Of a stretch of DNA of 64,000 nt, positions 40,852-50,744 are shown piece by piece. The translations under genes were made by a program, and so were the position numbers. The notes under the pieces are model-generated. The model had not been told where the DNA came from. It made no database searches and saw only the letters and a program-made list of their open reading frames with translations. Each line of letters opens with the position of its first letter. The first letter of the stretch is position 1. This DNA is from Aquificaceae bacterium (GTDB lineage: Bacteria > Aquificota > Aquificia > Aquificales > Aquificaceae), in assembly GCA_037925075.1 (NCBI GenBank), contig JAXSNR010000002.1, positions 448,001 through 512,000 on the forward strand. Reading direction: 5' to 3'.

Positions 40852-41499
40852 TCATTGTGTTAAATACAAAACCTCGTTCATCTGGTAAATTTTTCCCACT
40901 ATCGCCGGTGAAAGCCTCTCCTCTAAGGCTCTTGCCACTTCATCTTCACTCTCCTTTAAAAGGGGGTAGTTAGTGGTTATTAAGGTGCTTTTGAGGAAGT
41001 TGTACCTATGGCTTATTATGTAGGAAAGCACCTCTATACGCCAATCGGATAGCCTTTCACTTCCCAAGTCATCAAGGGCTAAAAGGGGTGCGTTCAAAAG
41101 TAGGTTCATAAAACGTTGGTACTTTTCGGTGTTTGTGTAGCCCTGAAGCCTATAAAATAGGTCCTTCGTATCAAAGAAAAGCCCTCTTATTCTCTTTTTT
41201 CTGTAAACGGTTTTCAAAATAGCCACCACGAGATGGGTTTTCCCCATCTGCGGAGGACCTATAAGGGACAAACCCTTTCCTTCCTGTGGTTCAAAGGTGT
41301 AGGCGTAATGCACACAAGTTTCGAGAGCCCTTCTCTGTGCTGGTGATATGGGTATGTAGTTTTCAAACTCAGCGTTAACAAACCTTGGAGGTATGTTTAG
41401 GTATCTCTGAAGGTTTACCCCCTCGTACCTGCAACTGCACATCTCCAACACCCCTCCCCTGTCTACAAAGCCCGTTCCACCACACTTGGGACAATCCAT
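40852..41499 (-). CDS. dnaC: DnaC/DnaI-like AAA+ helicase loader
   Basis: CPKCGGTG..C.C, GPPQMGKTHL, LDDLG, ITTN. Confidence 0.75.
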   Translation of the reverse strand: MDCPKCGGTGFVDRGGVLEMCSCRYEGVNLQRYLNIPPRFVNAEFENYIPISPAQRRALETCVHYAYTFEPQEGKGLSLIGPPQMGKTHLVVAILKTVYRKKRIRGLFFDTKDLFYRLQGYTNTEKYQRFMNLLLNAPLLALDDLGSERLSDWRIEVLSYIISHRYNFLKSTLITTNYPLLKESEDEVARALEERLSPAIVGKIYQMNEVLYLTQ

Positions 41500-41516
41500 G
41501 GAATAAAATATAAGCG

Positions 41517-42272
41517 ATGCCCCTCTTTCTGCTAACCAACGATGATGGGTACTTCTCAGAAGGTATAAAGGCCCTAAGGGAAGAGCTCAAAAGCCTTGGG
41601 AAGGTAATAACTGTTGCCCCAGACAGAAACCTAAGCGGTGTTGGGCATTCTCTGACTTTTACGCAACCACTGAGGATAAGGAGGGTGGATGAGGACTTCT
41701 GGACGGTTATAGGTGGAACGCCGGCGGACTGCGTGCACTTTGGATATTACCTCTTCCTTGAGGGCAAAAAGCCAGACCTTGTATGCTCGGGAATAAACGA
41801 TGGTCCAAACCTTGGAGAAGACATAACTTACTCGGGCACCGTATCCGGTGCCATGGAAGGTCGGATCTTGGGCATCCCCTCTGTCGCCTTTTCCGCCTTC
41901 GGAAGTGGAGAGGTGGACTTTTCACAACTGGCAAAGGTGGCAAAGAGGGTAGTACTCAAGGTGCTTGAAGTAGGAATGCCAGAGGACACATACCTAAACG
42001 TAAACATACCAAACCTACCAAGCGATGAGATAAAGGGCTTTATGCTTACCCGTCAGGGAAGAAGGGCATACAAGGAAAGAGTTCTAAAGCTTTCGGACCC
42101 CTCTGGAAGACCCCTTTATTGGATAACCGCGGAAGAGTTCGGTTGGCACTTAGAAGAAGGCACAGACTACTGGGCGGTATACCATGGCTATGTATCCATA
42201 ACACCTCTTCAGCTTGACCTTACAAACTACAAAGCTCTAAGGCTTCTCGAAGACTTAAATTTTAATTTATGA
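41517..42272 (+). CDS. surE: 5'/3'-nucleotidase SurE
   Basis: LTNDDG, GTPADCV, SGIN.GPN, YSGTV, SITPL. Confidence 0.96.
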   Translation: MPLFLLTNDDGYFSEGIKALREELKSLGKVITVAPDRNLSGVGHSLTFTQPLRIRRVDEDFWTVIGGTPADCVHFGYYLFLEGKKPDLVCSGINDGPNLGEDITYSGTVSGAMEGRILGIPSVAFSAFGSGEVDFSQLAKVAKRVVLKVLEVGMPEDTYLNVNIPNLPSDEIKGFMLTRQGRRAYKERVLKLSDPSGRPLYWITAEEFGWHLEEGTDYWAVYHGYVSITPLQLDLTNYKALRLLEDLNFNL

Positions 42273-42298
42273 GGGTTGGGAGCATAAACCCTTAGGAA

Positions 42299-42631
42299 AT
42301 GAGCATAGTACTTCAGGAGCTGAGAAGTATTGAACAGAAGGTAAAGGCTCACGAGATGGCTCACAAGGTGGTGGGTGGTCAGTATGCAGGTCAGGTAAGC
42401 TACAAATACACAGTGGGTCCACACGGTAAGCTTTACATAACCGGGGAAGAAAAAACTCCAGAAGAAACCATAAGAAAAATGCAGGTGGTGCGTGCTACCG
42501 CCCTTGTACCCATGGACCCTTCTCCACAAGATTACAGGGTTGCGTCAATAGCCACCATGAAGGAAATGAAAGCAAGGATGGAGCTGTATGGCAAGAATGG
42601 GCAAACTCCGCTTTTGGACGTAAAGGTATAA
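42299..42631 (+). CDS. SprA-related (HExxH) putative metalloprotease domain, short and possibly degenerate
   Basis: VKAHEMAH, YTVGP.GK.Y, TPEETIRK, DPSPQDYRVA. Confidence 0.6.
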   Translation: MSIVLQELRSIEQKVKAHEMAHKVVGGQYAGQVSYKYTVGPHGKLYITGEEKTPEETIRKMQVVRATALVPMDPSPQDYRVASIATMKEMKARMELYGKNGQTPLLDVKV

Positions 42632-42653
42632 CAAGCTAAGTTATAATAGCTTT

Positions 42654-43835
42654 ATGCTTGCAAAAAGGGTATCTCACATAAAGCCAGCACCAACTCTTGC
42701 CCTTACCGCAAAGGTAAATCAACTAAAAGCTCAAGGTGTAGATATAATAGGCTTTGGTGCGGGAGAGCCAGACTTTGACACTCCAGAGTTTATAAAAGAG
42801 GCATGCGTTAGGGCTTTAAAGGAAGGTAAAACCAAATATGCACCTTCTGCGGGCGTTCCTCCACTCAGAGAAGCCCTTGCGGAGAAGCTCTACAGGGAAA
42901 ACAAGGTGGAATACAAGCCCTCAGAGATAGTGATTACAGCGGGTGCTAAGATGGCTCTGTTTCTTGTTATGCTTGCGGTTTTGGAGGAGGGAGATGAGGT
43001 ACTTCTTCCCACCCCCTACTGGGTAACCTACCCAGAACATATAATGCTATGCGGTGCAAAGGTGGTGCAGGTGCCACTAAAAGAGGAAGAGGGCTTTATT
43101 CTTAAGGCTGAGCTTCTAAAGGAATACATAACCCCAAGGACAAAGATGTTAATACTAAACTCTCCCTCAAACCCCACGGGTGCGGTGGTACCGGAGGAAG
43201 AACAAAAGAAGATAGCGGAGCTTTGCCTTGAAAACAAAATCCTTATAGTCTCCGATGAATGCTACGAGGCTTTTCTTTACGACGGAGAAAATTTTGTAAG
43301 CCCCGCAAGCTTTTCAAAGGAGATAAGAGAGATAACCTTTACCGTAAATGCCTTTTCAAAAACCTACTCTATGACAGGTTGGAGGGTGGGCTATGTAGCC
43401 TGTCCAGAAAGGTACGCCAAGGTAATAGCGGACCTCAACAGTCAGAGCATATCCAACGCCACCACCTTTGCCCAGTATGGAGCCTTAGAAGCCCTAAAAA
43501 ATCCAGAAGCAAAAACCTTTGTAGAAACCATGAAAGGAGCCTTTGAGAAAAGAAGAGACATAGCATACAATCTTTTAAAAGAAATACCCTATGTAAGCGT
43601 TGTAAAACCAAAGGGAGCTTTTTACATTTTCCCAAACCTAAAACACTACTCACAAAAGCTTGGCTCAGACCTAAAGCTTGCGGACTACCTTATAGAAAAG
43701 GGAAGGGTTGCAGGTGTGCCGGGTTCCGCCTTTGGCACGGAAGGATACCTAAGACTGTCCTACTGCGTCTCTGAAGATACTATTCAAGAGGGCATAGAAA
43801 GGATAAAGAGGGCACTTCTTGAGCTGGAAGGTTAA
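42654..43835 (+). CDS. aspC: Class I/II PLP aminotransferase (aspartate aminotransferase)
   Basis: GEPDFDTP, NSPSNPTG, SKTYSMTGWRVGY, YLRLSY. Confidence 0.9.
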   Translation: MLAKRVSHIKPAPTLALTAKVNQLKAQGVDIIGFGAGEPDFDTPEFIKEACVRALKEGKTKYAPSAGVPPLREALAEKLYRENKVEYKPSEIVITAGAKMALFLVMLAVLEEGDEVLLPTPYWVTYPEHIMLCGAKVVQVPLKEEEGFILKAELLKEYITPRTKMLILNSPSNPTGAVVPEEEQKKIAELCLENKILIVSDECYEAFLYDGENFVSPASFSKEIREITFTVNAFSKTYSMTGWRVGYVACPERYAKVIADLNSQSISNATTFAQYGALEALKNPEAKTFVETMKGAFEKRRDIAYNLLKEIPYVSVVKPKGAFYIFPNLKHYSQKLGSDLKLADYLIEKGRVAGVPGSAFGTEGYLRLSYCVSEDTIQEGIERIKRALLELEG

Positions 43836-43850
43836 GCTATAATTAATTTC

Positions 43851-44393
43851 ATGGAGGAAAAGGAAAAGAAGGAAGTTTTAGAGGAAAAGCCCATAGAAGA
43901 AGACCCTCGGGATATAAGAATAAGAGAATTAGAGGAGAAGGTTTCAAAGCTTGAAAACACTGCAAAGGTTATAAACCAGAGATATGTGGACCTACAGAGG
44001 GAAACAGAGTACCTAAGGGAAAGGTACAGAAGGGACCTCGAAGAGGCTAAAAAATACGGGCACGAAAAGCTTGCCTTTGACCTTCTTGAGGTGGTGGATA
44101 ACTTTGAGAGGGCTTTTAATTACGAAGGCACAGACCTTGAGGGCTTTAAGAAGGGCTTTGAGCTTATATACAAGGAGCTTTTGAGAATATTGGAAAAGTA
44201 CGGAGTAAGGGAAATGGAGCTATTAGGTAAGGAGTTTGACCCATACCTTGCGGAAGCGGTGGACAGAGAATACACGCAGGATGTACCTCAAAACGTGGTT
44301 ATCAGAGTGGAGAGAAAAGGCTATTGGATACACGACAAGGTGCTAAGACCTGCCAAGGTGATAGTATCTTACTGGGAAGAGGATATAACCTGA
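43851..44393 (+). CDS. grpE: Nucleotide exchange factor GrpE
   Basis: LLEVVDNFERA, FDPYLAEAV, KGY..DKVLRPAKV. Confidence 0.95.
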   Translation: MEEKEKKEVLEEKPIEEDPRDIRIRELEEKVSKLENTAKVINQRYVDLQRETEYLRERYRRDLEEAKKYGHEKLAFDLLEVVDNFERAFNYEGTDLEGFKKGFELIYKELLRILEKYGVREMELLGKEFDPYLAEAVDREYTQDVPQNVVIRVERKGYWIHDKVLRPAKVIVSYWEEDIT

Positions 44394-44584
44394 TGGAGAT
44401 CCGCTTTAAAGATTTCCATCGTAAAATGACGCCCTTCAAAGACGAGAGCATGGAACAGCTCTTAGAAGAGCAAGTAAACCAGTGGATAAAACTCAACAAA
44501 CCAAAAATAATAAACGTGGAGACCCTCTGGGAAAGGAATTCCCATGTCTCCGGGGGCATAAGGATATGGTATATTCAGGAATAA
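44393..44584 (+). CDS. Small hypothetical protein (63 aa)
   Basis: ATG overlaps the grpE stop (TGATG); SD-like GAGGA upstream; fills the gap to the NYN gene. Confidence 0.6.
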   Translation: MEIRFKDFHRKMTPFKDESMEQLLEEQVNQWIKLNKPKIINVETLWERNSHVSGGIRIWYIQE

Positions 44585-45078
44585 AAAGGAGAGCTTGCAT
44601 ATTTATAGATGGAGCAAACTTCTACTTTGTTCAAAAGGATATACTTCATCAGAGGATTGACCTTGTAAAACTTGTGAGCTACTTTAGGGCGGAGTTTGAC
44701 GTATACAACACCTTTTTCTATCTTGCCTACAGAGAAGGAGATGAAAAACAGGAGAATTTCATCAAACTGCTCGCCTTTAGCGGTATAACTGTGGTAAAAA
44801 AACCCATAAAACAGCTCAAGGATGGAACTTATAAGGGCGACTTGGATGTGAACCTTACCATAGATGCCCTGCTTACCAAAGATAACTACCATACCGCCAT
44901 CCTTTGCAGGGGGGATGGAGATTTTGAAAAGCTTGCATGGACTCTCAGACACTTTGGGAAGGAGATCATCTGTCTTTCTGTTAGGGAAGCCACCGCGGTG
45001 GAGCTTGTAAATGCTTGTGATAGGTACATAGACCTCAGAGACCTTTTGCCCTTGGTGAAGTTAGAAGAAAAGGAATGA
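44566..45078 (+). CDS. NYN domain (LabA/DUF88) PIN-like protein
   Basis: FIDGAN, KGDLDVNL, GDGDF, L..ACDRYIDL. Confidence 0.88.
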   Translation: MVYSGIKRRACIFIDGANFYFVQKDILHQRIDLVKLVSYFRAEFDVYNTFFYLAYREGDEKQENFIKLLAFSGITVVKKPIKQLKDGTYKGDLDVNLTIDALLTKDNYHTAILCRGDGDFEKLAWTLRHFGKEIICLSVREATAVELVNACDRYIDLRDLLPLVKLEEKE

Positions 45079-46007
45079 GGTTTTTGGTGGTGGGCGTTGG
45101 AGCCCTTGGAAGCACGTACCTTGCCTTTTTGAGTAGGGCAGGCCACAGGGCGGTTGGGCTTCTTAAAAGGGGCAGGGAGCTAAAAAGCGTACGGGTAGAA
45201 GGCATATGGGGTGAGTTTGAACAGGAAGTGGAAGCCATAGACACCTTGGACAACCTCGACTTTGAACCAGACCTGACCATACTGACAGTAAAAAGCTACG
45301 ATACAGACCAAGCCCTAAAGGACATAGAAAAGCTAAAAGACACAAAAAGCCTCCTTATGGTGGCACAAAACGGTTATGGAAACTACGAAAAGGCTTTAAA
45401 AGTCTTTGGTAAGGGTAGGGTAATTCTTGCAAGGGTCATATTTGGTGCGGAGCTTTTGGAGTGGGGAAGGGTAAAGATTACCGTCTGCGGTGATGATGTG
45501 GTGATAGGAGACCCAGAGGCTAATATAGAAGAGGGCTTTTTAAAGGATCTTGCAAAGACCTTTTCTCTTGCGGGCATACCCACAAGGTACGAAAGGGAGG
45601 TGTATAAGTACCTTTGGGATAAGATTCTTTATAACTGTGCCCTGAACCCTCTTGGAGCCCTCTTTGAAACCACATACGGTGAGCTTGCCAAAAATCCACA
45701 CACGAAAAAGCTTATGGACCAGATATTACAAGAAGCCTTTGAGGTCATAAGGGCTAACTCCATACCCACCTTCTGGAATAAGGTAGAAGACTACAAAAGG
45801 CACTTTTACGAAAGGCTTGTTCCACCAACCGCAGACCATTACCCTTCCATGCTAAAGGATGTAAAAAGGGGAAAAACGGAGATAGACGCCTTGAACGGTG
45901 CCCTTGTTGAGCTTGGAAGGTTAAAGAACATGGAGCTTCCGGTGAACACTTTGGTGGTAAGCCTTATAAAGGCTAAGGAGTTTTTTAATCAACCTTCAGG
46001 ACTGTAA
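45075..46007 (+). CDS. panE: 2-dehydropantoate 2-reductase
   Basis: [40 protein letters not shown]. Confidence 0.92.
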   Translation: MRFLVVGVGALGSTYLAFLSRAGHRAVGLLKRGRELKSVRVEGIWGEFEQEVEAIDTLDNLDFEPDLTILTVKSYDTDQALKDIEKLKDTKSLLMVAQNGYGNYEKALKVFGKGRVILARVIFGAELLEWGRVKITVCGDDVVIGDPEANIEEGFLKDLAKTFSLAGIPTRYEREVYKYLWDKILYNCALNPLGALFETTYGELAKNPHTKKLMDQILQEAFEVIRANSIPTFWNKVEDYKRHFYERLVPPTADHYPSMLKDVKRGKTEIDALNGALVELGRLKNMELPVNTLVVSLIKAKEFFNQPSGL

Positions 46008-47778
46008 GAAAAGCCTCCTGAGGAAGCTCCACCCTTCCAAACTGCTTTAGCCTCTTTTTGCCTTCCTTTTGCTTTTCAAGGAGCTTTTTCTTTCTTGTTA
46101 TGTCCCCACCGTAGCATTTGGCGGTCACGTTTGCCCTTAAGGGTGGGATTCTCTCCGAGGCTATTATCTTGGTTCCTATACCTGCTTGAACCTTTACCTC
46201 AAAAAGCTGGCGTGGTATGACCTCCTTTAGTTTCTCCACAAGCTGGCGTGCCCTTCTGTATGCCTTGTCCCTATGGACTATAAAAGAAAGGGCATCAACG
46301 GGCTCGTTGTTTATGAAGATATTTAGCCTCACAAGGTCCTCTTCCCTAAAGCCTATAAATTCGTAATCGTAGGAGGCATAGCCACGGGAAACTCCCTTTA
46401 TCTTGTCATGAAAGTCCATGATCACCTCACTCAGAGGCATTTCATACTCAAGCATAACCGTGTTTGGGTCAAGGTAGATGAATTTTTTCTGAATTCCCCT
46501 TTTTTCTTGGCAAAGGTTCATTATACTTCCCACGTAGTCCTTAGGTGTTATTATGGTAAGAAGCACAAAGGGCTCTTCAATAGAATCTATCAAACCCCAG
46601 TTTTCGGGAAGCTCTGACGGGTTTCTGATTTCCTTTACCTGACCGTTTTTGAACCTTACTCTGTAAACAACGCTTGGTGCGGTGGTGACTATACTTACTC
46701 CGTACTCCCTTTCAAGTCTTTCTTGAACTATCTCCATGTGAAGAAGCCCCAAAAAGCCGACCCTAAAACCAAGACCAAGAGCTGGAGAGGTTTCTGGCTC
46801 AAACTGTATGGCTGCGTCGTTTATGGCGTACTTTTCAAGGGCATCCCTTAGCTCTTCATAGGTGTAGCCTTCAGAGGGGTACATGCCCGCATAAACCATA
46901 GGCTTGGCGGGTCTAAAGCCCGGCACCGGTTCTGGTGTTGGATTTTTTGCATCAGTTATGGTGTCTCCTACCCTTATATCCCTTACGTCCTTAATGGAAG
47001 CGGCAAGGTATCCCACATCTCCCGCGGACAGCTTTTCAAACTTGCTCATCTTTGGAGTTTGAGCTCCCACTTCTGTAACTTCAAACTCTTTACCTGTGGA
47101 GAAAAGCCTTATTCTTGTGCCGGGTTTTACCTCACCGTCAAAGACCCTCACAAAGGCTACCGCACCTCTGTATGGGTCGTAGTAGGAGTCAAAGATAAGA
47201 GCCTTCAAGGGTTTTGATACATCTCCCTTTGGTGGTGGGATCCTTTCTACTATGGCTTCAAGGATTTCTTCAATACCTATACCCTCCTTGGCGGAAGCTA
47301 ATATAACATCCTCCGAGGGTAGCCCCAAAATCTCTTCTATCTGCCTTTTTATCCTTTCTGGATCTGCCGCAGGCAGGTCTATTTTGTTTATTACAGGGAT
47401 TATAACCAAGTCTTGTTCCACAGCCTTCCAGAAATTGGCAACAGTTTGAGCTTGTATGCCTTGAGTTGCATCCACCAAAAGAAGAGCCCCTTCGCATGCG
47501 GCAAGAGCTCTGGATACTTCATAAGAAAAATCCACATGCCCCGGTGTATCTATAAGATGAAGGGTATAGGTTTGTCCATCCTTTGCCTTGTAGAACATCC
47601 TTACCGCCTGTAGCTTTATGGTTATGCCCCTTTCCCTTTCAATCTCAAGGGTATCCAACATCTGCTCCTTCATCTCCCTTCTTGAGACTGCTCCCGTGTA
47701 CTCCAAAAGCCTGTCCGCAAGGGTAGATTTGCCATGGTCCACATGGGCTATTATGGAAAAGTTTCTTATCCTTTCCAT
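45985..47778 (-). CDS. lepA: Translation elongation factor 4
   Basis: [34 protein letters not shown]. Confidence 0.98.
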   Translation of the reverse strand: MERIRNFSIIAHVDHGKSTLADRLLEYTGAVSRREMKEQMLDTLEIERERGITIKLQAVRMFYKAKDGQTYTLHLIDTPGHVDFSYEVSRALAACEGALLLVDATQGIQAQTVANFWKAVEQDLVIIPVINKIDLPAADPERIKRQIEEILGLPSEDVILASAKEGIGIEEILEAIVERIPPPKGDVSKPLKALIFDSYYDPYRGAVAFVRVFDGEVKPGTRIRLFSTGKEFEVTEVGAQTPKMSKFEKLSAGDVGYLAASIKDVRDIRVGDTITDAKNPTPEPVPGFRPAKPMVYAGMYPSEGYTYEELRDALEKYAINDAAIQFEPETSPALGLGFRVGFLGLLHMEIVQERLEREYGVSIVTTAPSVVYRVRFKNGQVKEIRNPSELPENWGLIDSIEEPFVLLTIITPKDYVGSIMNLCQEKRGIQKKFIYLDPNTVMLEYEMPLSEVIMDFHDKIKGVSRGYASYDYEFIGFREEDLVRLNIFINNEPVDALSFIVHRDKAYRRARQLVEKLKEVIPRQLFEVKVQAGIGTKIIASERIPPLRANVTAKCYGGDITRKKKLLEKQKEGKKRLKQFGRVELPQEAFLTVLKVD

Positions 47779-47876
47779 AGGATTTATATTTTATGCCTGC
47801 TTTGAGCTTTTGCGGTTTATGTATATTCTTAATTCCTAATATAAGCTTTGCTTATATCCATCATAAAAACTTTCTA

Positions 47877-47905
47877 TTGCAAATAATTCTCAAGTTTCTT
47901 ATACT
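47877..47905 (+). promoter_or_regulatory. Sigma70 promoter of the sox cluster with an overlapping Fur/PerR-type box
   Basis: TTGCAA (47877-47882)-N17-TATACT (47900-47905); 7-1-7 palindrome TGCAAAT-A-ATTCTCA at 47878-47892. Confidence 0.6.
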
Positions 47906-47916
47906 TTATCACAAGT

Positions 47917-48324
47917 ATGTGGAAGTTATTATTAGGAATAGTTTTGCTCATTTCCATTGGCTTCCCACTTTGGTTTAACAAGGTGTCGGAGGGTTTAGAA
48001 TACGCCCAAAAGGAGAGCAAACCTGTCGCCTTTTACTTTTATAGCAATTACTGTCCCTACTGTGCTCAAATGGAGGAATTTGTCCTCAATCAAGGGGATG
48101 TTCAGCAAAAGTTAGAAAACTTTGTGGTGATAAGCCTCAACATATCCTCTGACGATGGAAGCAAGTGGGCAAGAAAGATAGGAGTTCCGGGTGTTCCCAC
48201 TATGGTTTTTTACGATCCAAAGCAAGAAAAGGTACTTGGAGTATTATTTGGAAGTAGGCCAAAGGGAGAAGTGCTTAGCACCATTCAGAGGATATGCAAG
48301 ATGCAAAACCTTAAGGTATGTTAA
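47917..48324 (+). CDS. Periplasmic thioredoxin (SoxW-like)
   Basis: Signal peptide, CPYC, GVPT; first gene of the sox cluster. Confidence 0.8.
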   Translation: MWKLLLGIVLLISIGFPLWFNKVSEGLEYAQKESKPVAFYFYSNYCPYCAQMEEFVLNQGDVQQKLENFVVISLNISSDDGSKWARKIGVPGVPTMVFYDPKQEKVLGVLFGSRPKGEVLSTIQRICKMQNLKVC

Positions 48325-48349
48325 AAAATTTTTTAAGGAGGTATAAACT

Positions 48350-48793
48350 ATGGACAGGAGAAAGTTTCTTGCACTGTCAGCGGTAGCGGCCGTGGGATTA
48401 ACCATTGCCCCAGCACTTCAGCCAGCCTTCGGAGCCACAAAGCTTGAAGAGGAGGTAAGCAAAAGGCTTGGCGTTCAACTCTCCCAGATTAAAGAGGTTG
48501 CGGACATTAAGCTTACCGCTCCAACCATCGCTGAATCAGGAGCCAACGTACCCATCACTGTTGAATCTACCATTCCCATAGACAAGGTGGAACAACTTTG
48601 GATATTTGTTGACAAAAACCCAGTTCCATGGATAGCGGATGTTAAATTCACTCCCATGAATGGTCAGGTCTTTTTCTCCACCAGGATAAAGATGGGAGAA
48701 ACTTCCAATGTAAGGGCTATCCTCAAGCTCAAGGATGGCTCTTATGTTATGGCGACAAAGGAGGTAAAGGTAACCGCGGGTGGATGCGGATAA
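48350..48793 (+). CDS. soxY: Sulfur carrier SoxY
   Basis: Tat motif RRKFL, APTIAESGANVP, C-terminal VKVTAGGCG. Confidence 0.95.
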   Translation: MDRRKFLALSAVAAVGLTIAPALQPAFGATKLEEEVSKRLGVQLSQIKEVADIKLTAPTIAESGANVPITVESTIPIDKVEQLWIFVDKNPVPWIADVKFTPMNGQVFFSTRIKMGETSNVRAILKLKDGSYVMATKEVKVTAGGCG

Positions 48794-48835
48794 TTCTTTG
48801 GGCTTTCAACAAAAATTCTATACAGGAGGTGTAAT

Positions 48836-49162
48836 ATGGCAGTAGGAGCTGGCATACTTCGTGTGCCAAAGGAGGCAAAGAAGGGAGAGATAGTAAGGGT
48901 GCAGATGGTTATCACTCACCCTATGACACCTGCAAGGAAGGATCCACAGACTGGACAGCAGGTACCAGCCTATAACCTTACAAAGCTTGAACTATTGTTC
49001 AATGACAAGTTGGTGAGCACGGTGAACATGGGAGCGGGTGTAAGTGCCAATCCCTTTATGGCACTCACCCTGAAGGTTGAGGAAAGCGGTGTGGTAAAAA
49101 TTGTCTACGAGGACAATAAAGGTGGTAAGTGGGATAAGACCGCTGAGATAAAGGTTTCATAA
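48836..49162 (+). CDS. soxZ: SoxZ
   Basis: ITHPM, VSANP, DNKG. Confidence 0.93.
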   Translation: MAVGAGILRVPKEAKKGEIVRVQMVITHPMTPARKDPQTGQQVPAYNLTKLELLFNDKLVSTVNMGAGVSANPFMALTLKVEESGVVKIVYEDNKGGKWDKTAEIKVS

Positions 49163-49175
49163 AGGGGGTTAAGCC

Positions 49176-50015
49176 ATGAAGAAAAAGCTTCTTTTTGGTG
49201 TATTTACTTTTGGTGCGTTAACTGGTGGCTTACTATCCACCAAAGCCTTTGCCCAGGTTGAGGGAGAGCTTTCTCCAGAAGAGGAGATGAGGTTAGTCCA
49301 AGAGTTTAACAGGATGCTGGCGGAGGGTATAAATCCCGGTGAGGTCTGGTACGAGGTGGGCAAAGAAGCTATAAAGAAGTACAACCTTGACAAATGCGAC
49401 CTTGGTCTCGGTCCTGGTGTTTTCAAGGGTGCTGCCGCCCAAATGCCAAGGTATTTTGCGGATGCGGGCAAGGTTATGGACCTTGAAACAAGGGTGGGCT
49501 GGTGCTTGCAAAAGCACGCAGGCATGACACAGGAGCAGGTTCTTAAATTCGTTCGCCAATGCTGGGGCAAGTCTGGCAACTGTGTGAGCGAATACGACGG
49601 GATCATCATGTATCTGACCATGGAATCTAACGGTCAAAAAATAAACGTAAACCTCAAGGATCCAAATGTTAAAAGGATGTATGAAATAGGTAAGCAAGTT
49701 TACTACACAAGGCTTGGACCATGGGACTTTAACTGTGCCACATGCCACGCAGGAAAGCAAGAGGTGAGAATAAGGGCAACAAGGCTTTGGAGTGCGGACA
49801 GGCCTGGTGAGGCAGGCAATGCAGTTTCCATATTCCCTAAATATCTGGTCAGATGGGGTATTCCCATGTCCATGCATTATAGGTATGCGGAGTGCATACG
49901 TCAAATGAGATGGCCAGAGTTTATACCCCACTCAGACTTGGGAGTAGCTCTTTCCACATACCTTTACGGTACAGCAAATGGCACTGAGATAAAAGCACCA
50001 GGAATAGGGAGGTGA
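49176..50015 (+). CDS. soxA: Sulfur oxidation c-type cytochrome SoxA (one CxxCH)
   Basis: CDLGLGPG, PRYFAD, NCATCH, ECIRQMR, APGIGR. Confidence 0.93.
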   Translation: MKKKLLFGVFTFGALTGGLLSTKAFAQVEGELSPEEEMRLVQEFNRMLAEGINPGEVWYEVGKEAIKKYNLDKCDLGLGPGVFKGAAAQMPRYFADAGKVMDLETRVGWCLQKHAGMTQEQVLKFVRQCWGKSGNCVSEYDGIIMYLTMESNGQKINVNLKDPNVKRMYEIGKQVYYTRLGPWDFNCATCHAGKQEVRIRATRLWSADRPGEAGNAVSIFPKYLVRWGIPMSMHYRYAECIRQMRWPEFIPHSDLGVALSTYLYGTANGTEIKAPGIGR

Positions 50016-50020
50016 TGGCT

Positions 50021-50689
50021 ATGAAAAAGGTTTTAGTTTTTGTTGGTCTTTCTGCTCTTTTAACGAGTGCTGTGGTTGAAGCACAACAAAAAAGACAACA
50101 GCAAGCTCCAGTAAAGCAGGAGGGGGTTATTCAGGTTATAAAATCTGGACTTTCCAACGACCCAAGGTTTGCGTGGAAAATGGAGCAAGATGAGGCTCAA
50201 AGGATATGCTCCCAGTATCCAAGTAGAGAAGCCATGCCTGGACTTGCAATCCAAAAGGTTACACAGTTGAGCCAAGCGGAGATAAGATATCCTCAGTGGG
50301 GAGTATTCTGGGGAGATTGGAAGGAAGGGAAAAAGTTGGTAAATAGCCCAAGGGGTGGAAGGTTTGCAAGTTATGGCTTTTCAGACAAGCCTACAGATAA
50401 GGGTGGGAACTGTTATGCGTGCCACCTCATAGAAAAGGGCGTTCCCGGTGGAACCATGGGACCAAATCTCTACCAGTACGCGAAAAAATGGAATATCACC
50501 AAAGAGAATATGAACTCTCCAGAAGCCGTAGATAGACTAAAAGCGGTATATAACATAGTCTACAATTCTTGGTCAACCTTTCCCTGTTCTTCTATGCCCA
50601 GGTTTGGTTATCATGGAAACCTCTCTCCAGAAGATGTTATGAACATAGTAACATACCTACTTCACCCAGACTCTCCAGTAAACAAGTAA
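50021..50689 (+). CDS. soxX: Sulfur oxidation c-type cytochrome SoxX
   Basis: GGNCYACH, GTMGP, CSSMPRFG, PDSPVNK. Confidence 0.93.
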   Translation: MKKVLVFVGLSALLTSAVVEAQQKRQQQAPVKQEGVIQVIKSGLSNDPRFAWKMEQDEAQRICSQYPSREAMPGLAIQKVTQLSQAEIRYPQWGVFWGDWKEGKKLVNSPRGGRFASYGFSDKPTDKGGNCYACHLIEKGVPGGTMGPNLYQYAKKWNITKENMNSPEAVDRLKAVYNIVYNSWSTFPCSSMPRFGYHGNLSPEDVMNIVTYLLHPDSPVNK

Positions 50690-50696
50690 TCTTAGC

Positions 50697-50713
50697 AGGG
50701 GGCTTTGCCCCCT
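50697..50713 (+). other. Intergenic hairpin between soxX and soxB
   Basis: AGGGGGC-TTT-GCCCCCT with no U tract. Confidence 0.5.
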
Positions 50714-50744
50714 ATAATAACCTATAATAATTTTCAGGAGGTTT

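Noticed and set aside
40852..41499. IstB-like ATPase suggesting an IS21 element
   Set aside because: No istA transposase or terminal repeats; the Zn-finger plus AAA+ layout fits a helicase loader.
44566..45078. NYN protein as the missing type III effector
   Set aside because: It lies 35 kb from the csm operon and has no CARF or SAVED sensor domain.
49293..49931. Long antisense ORFs such as the 212-aa frame opposite soxA
   Set aside because: Shadow frames of well-supported genes, with no recognisable motifs.
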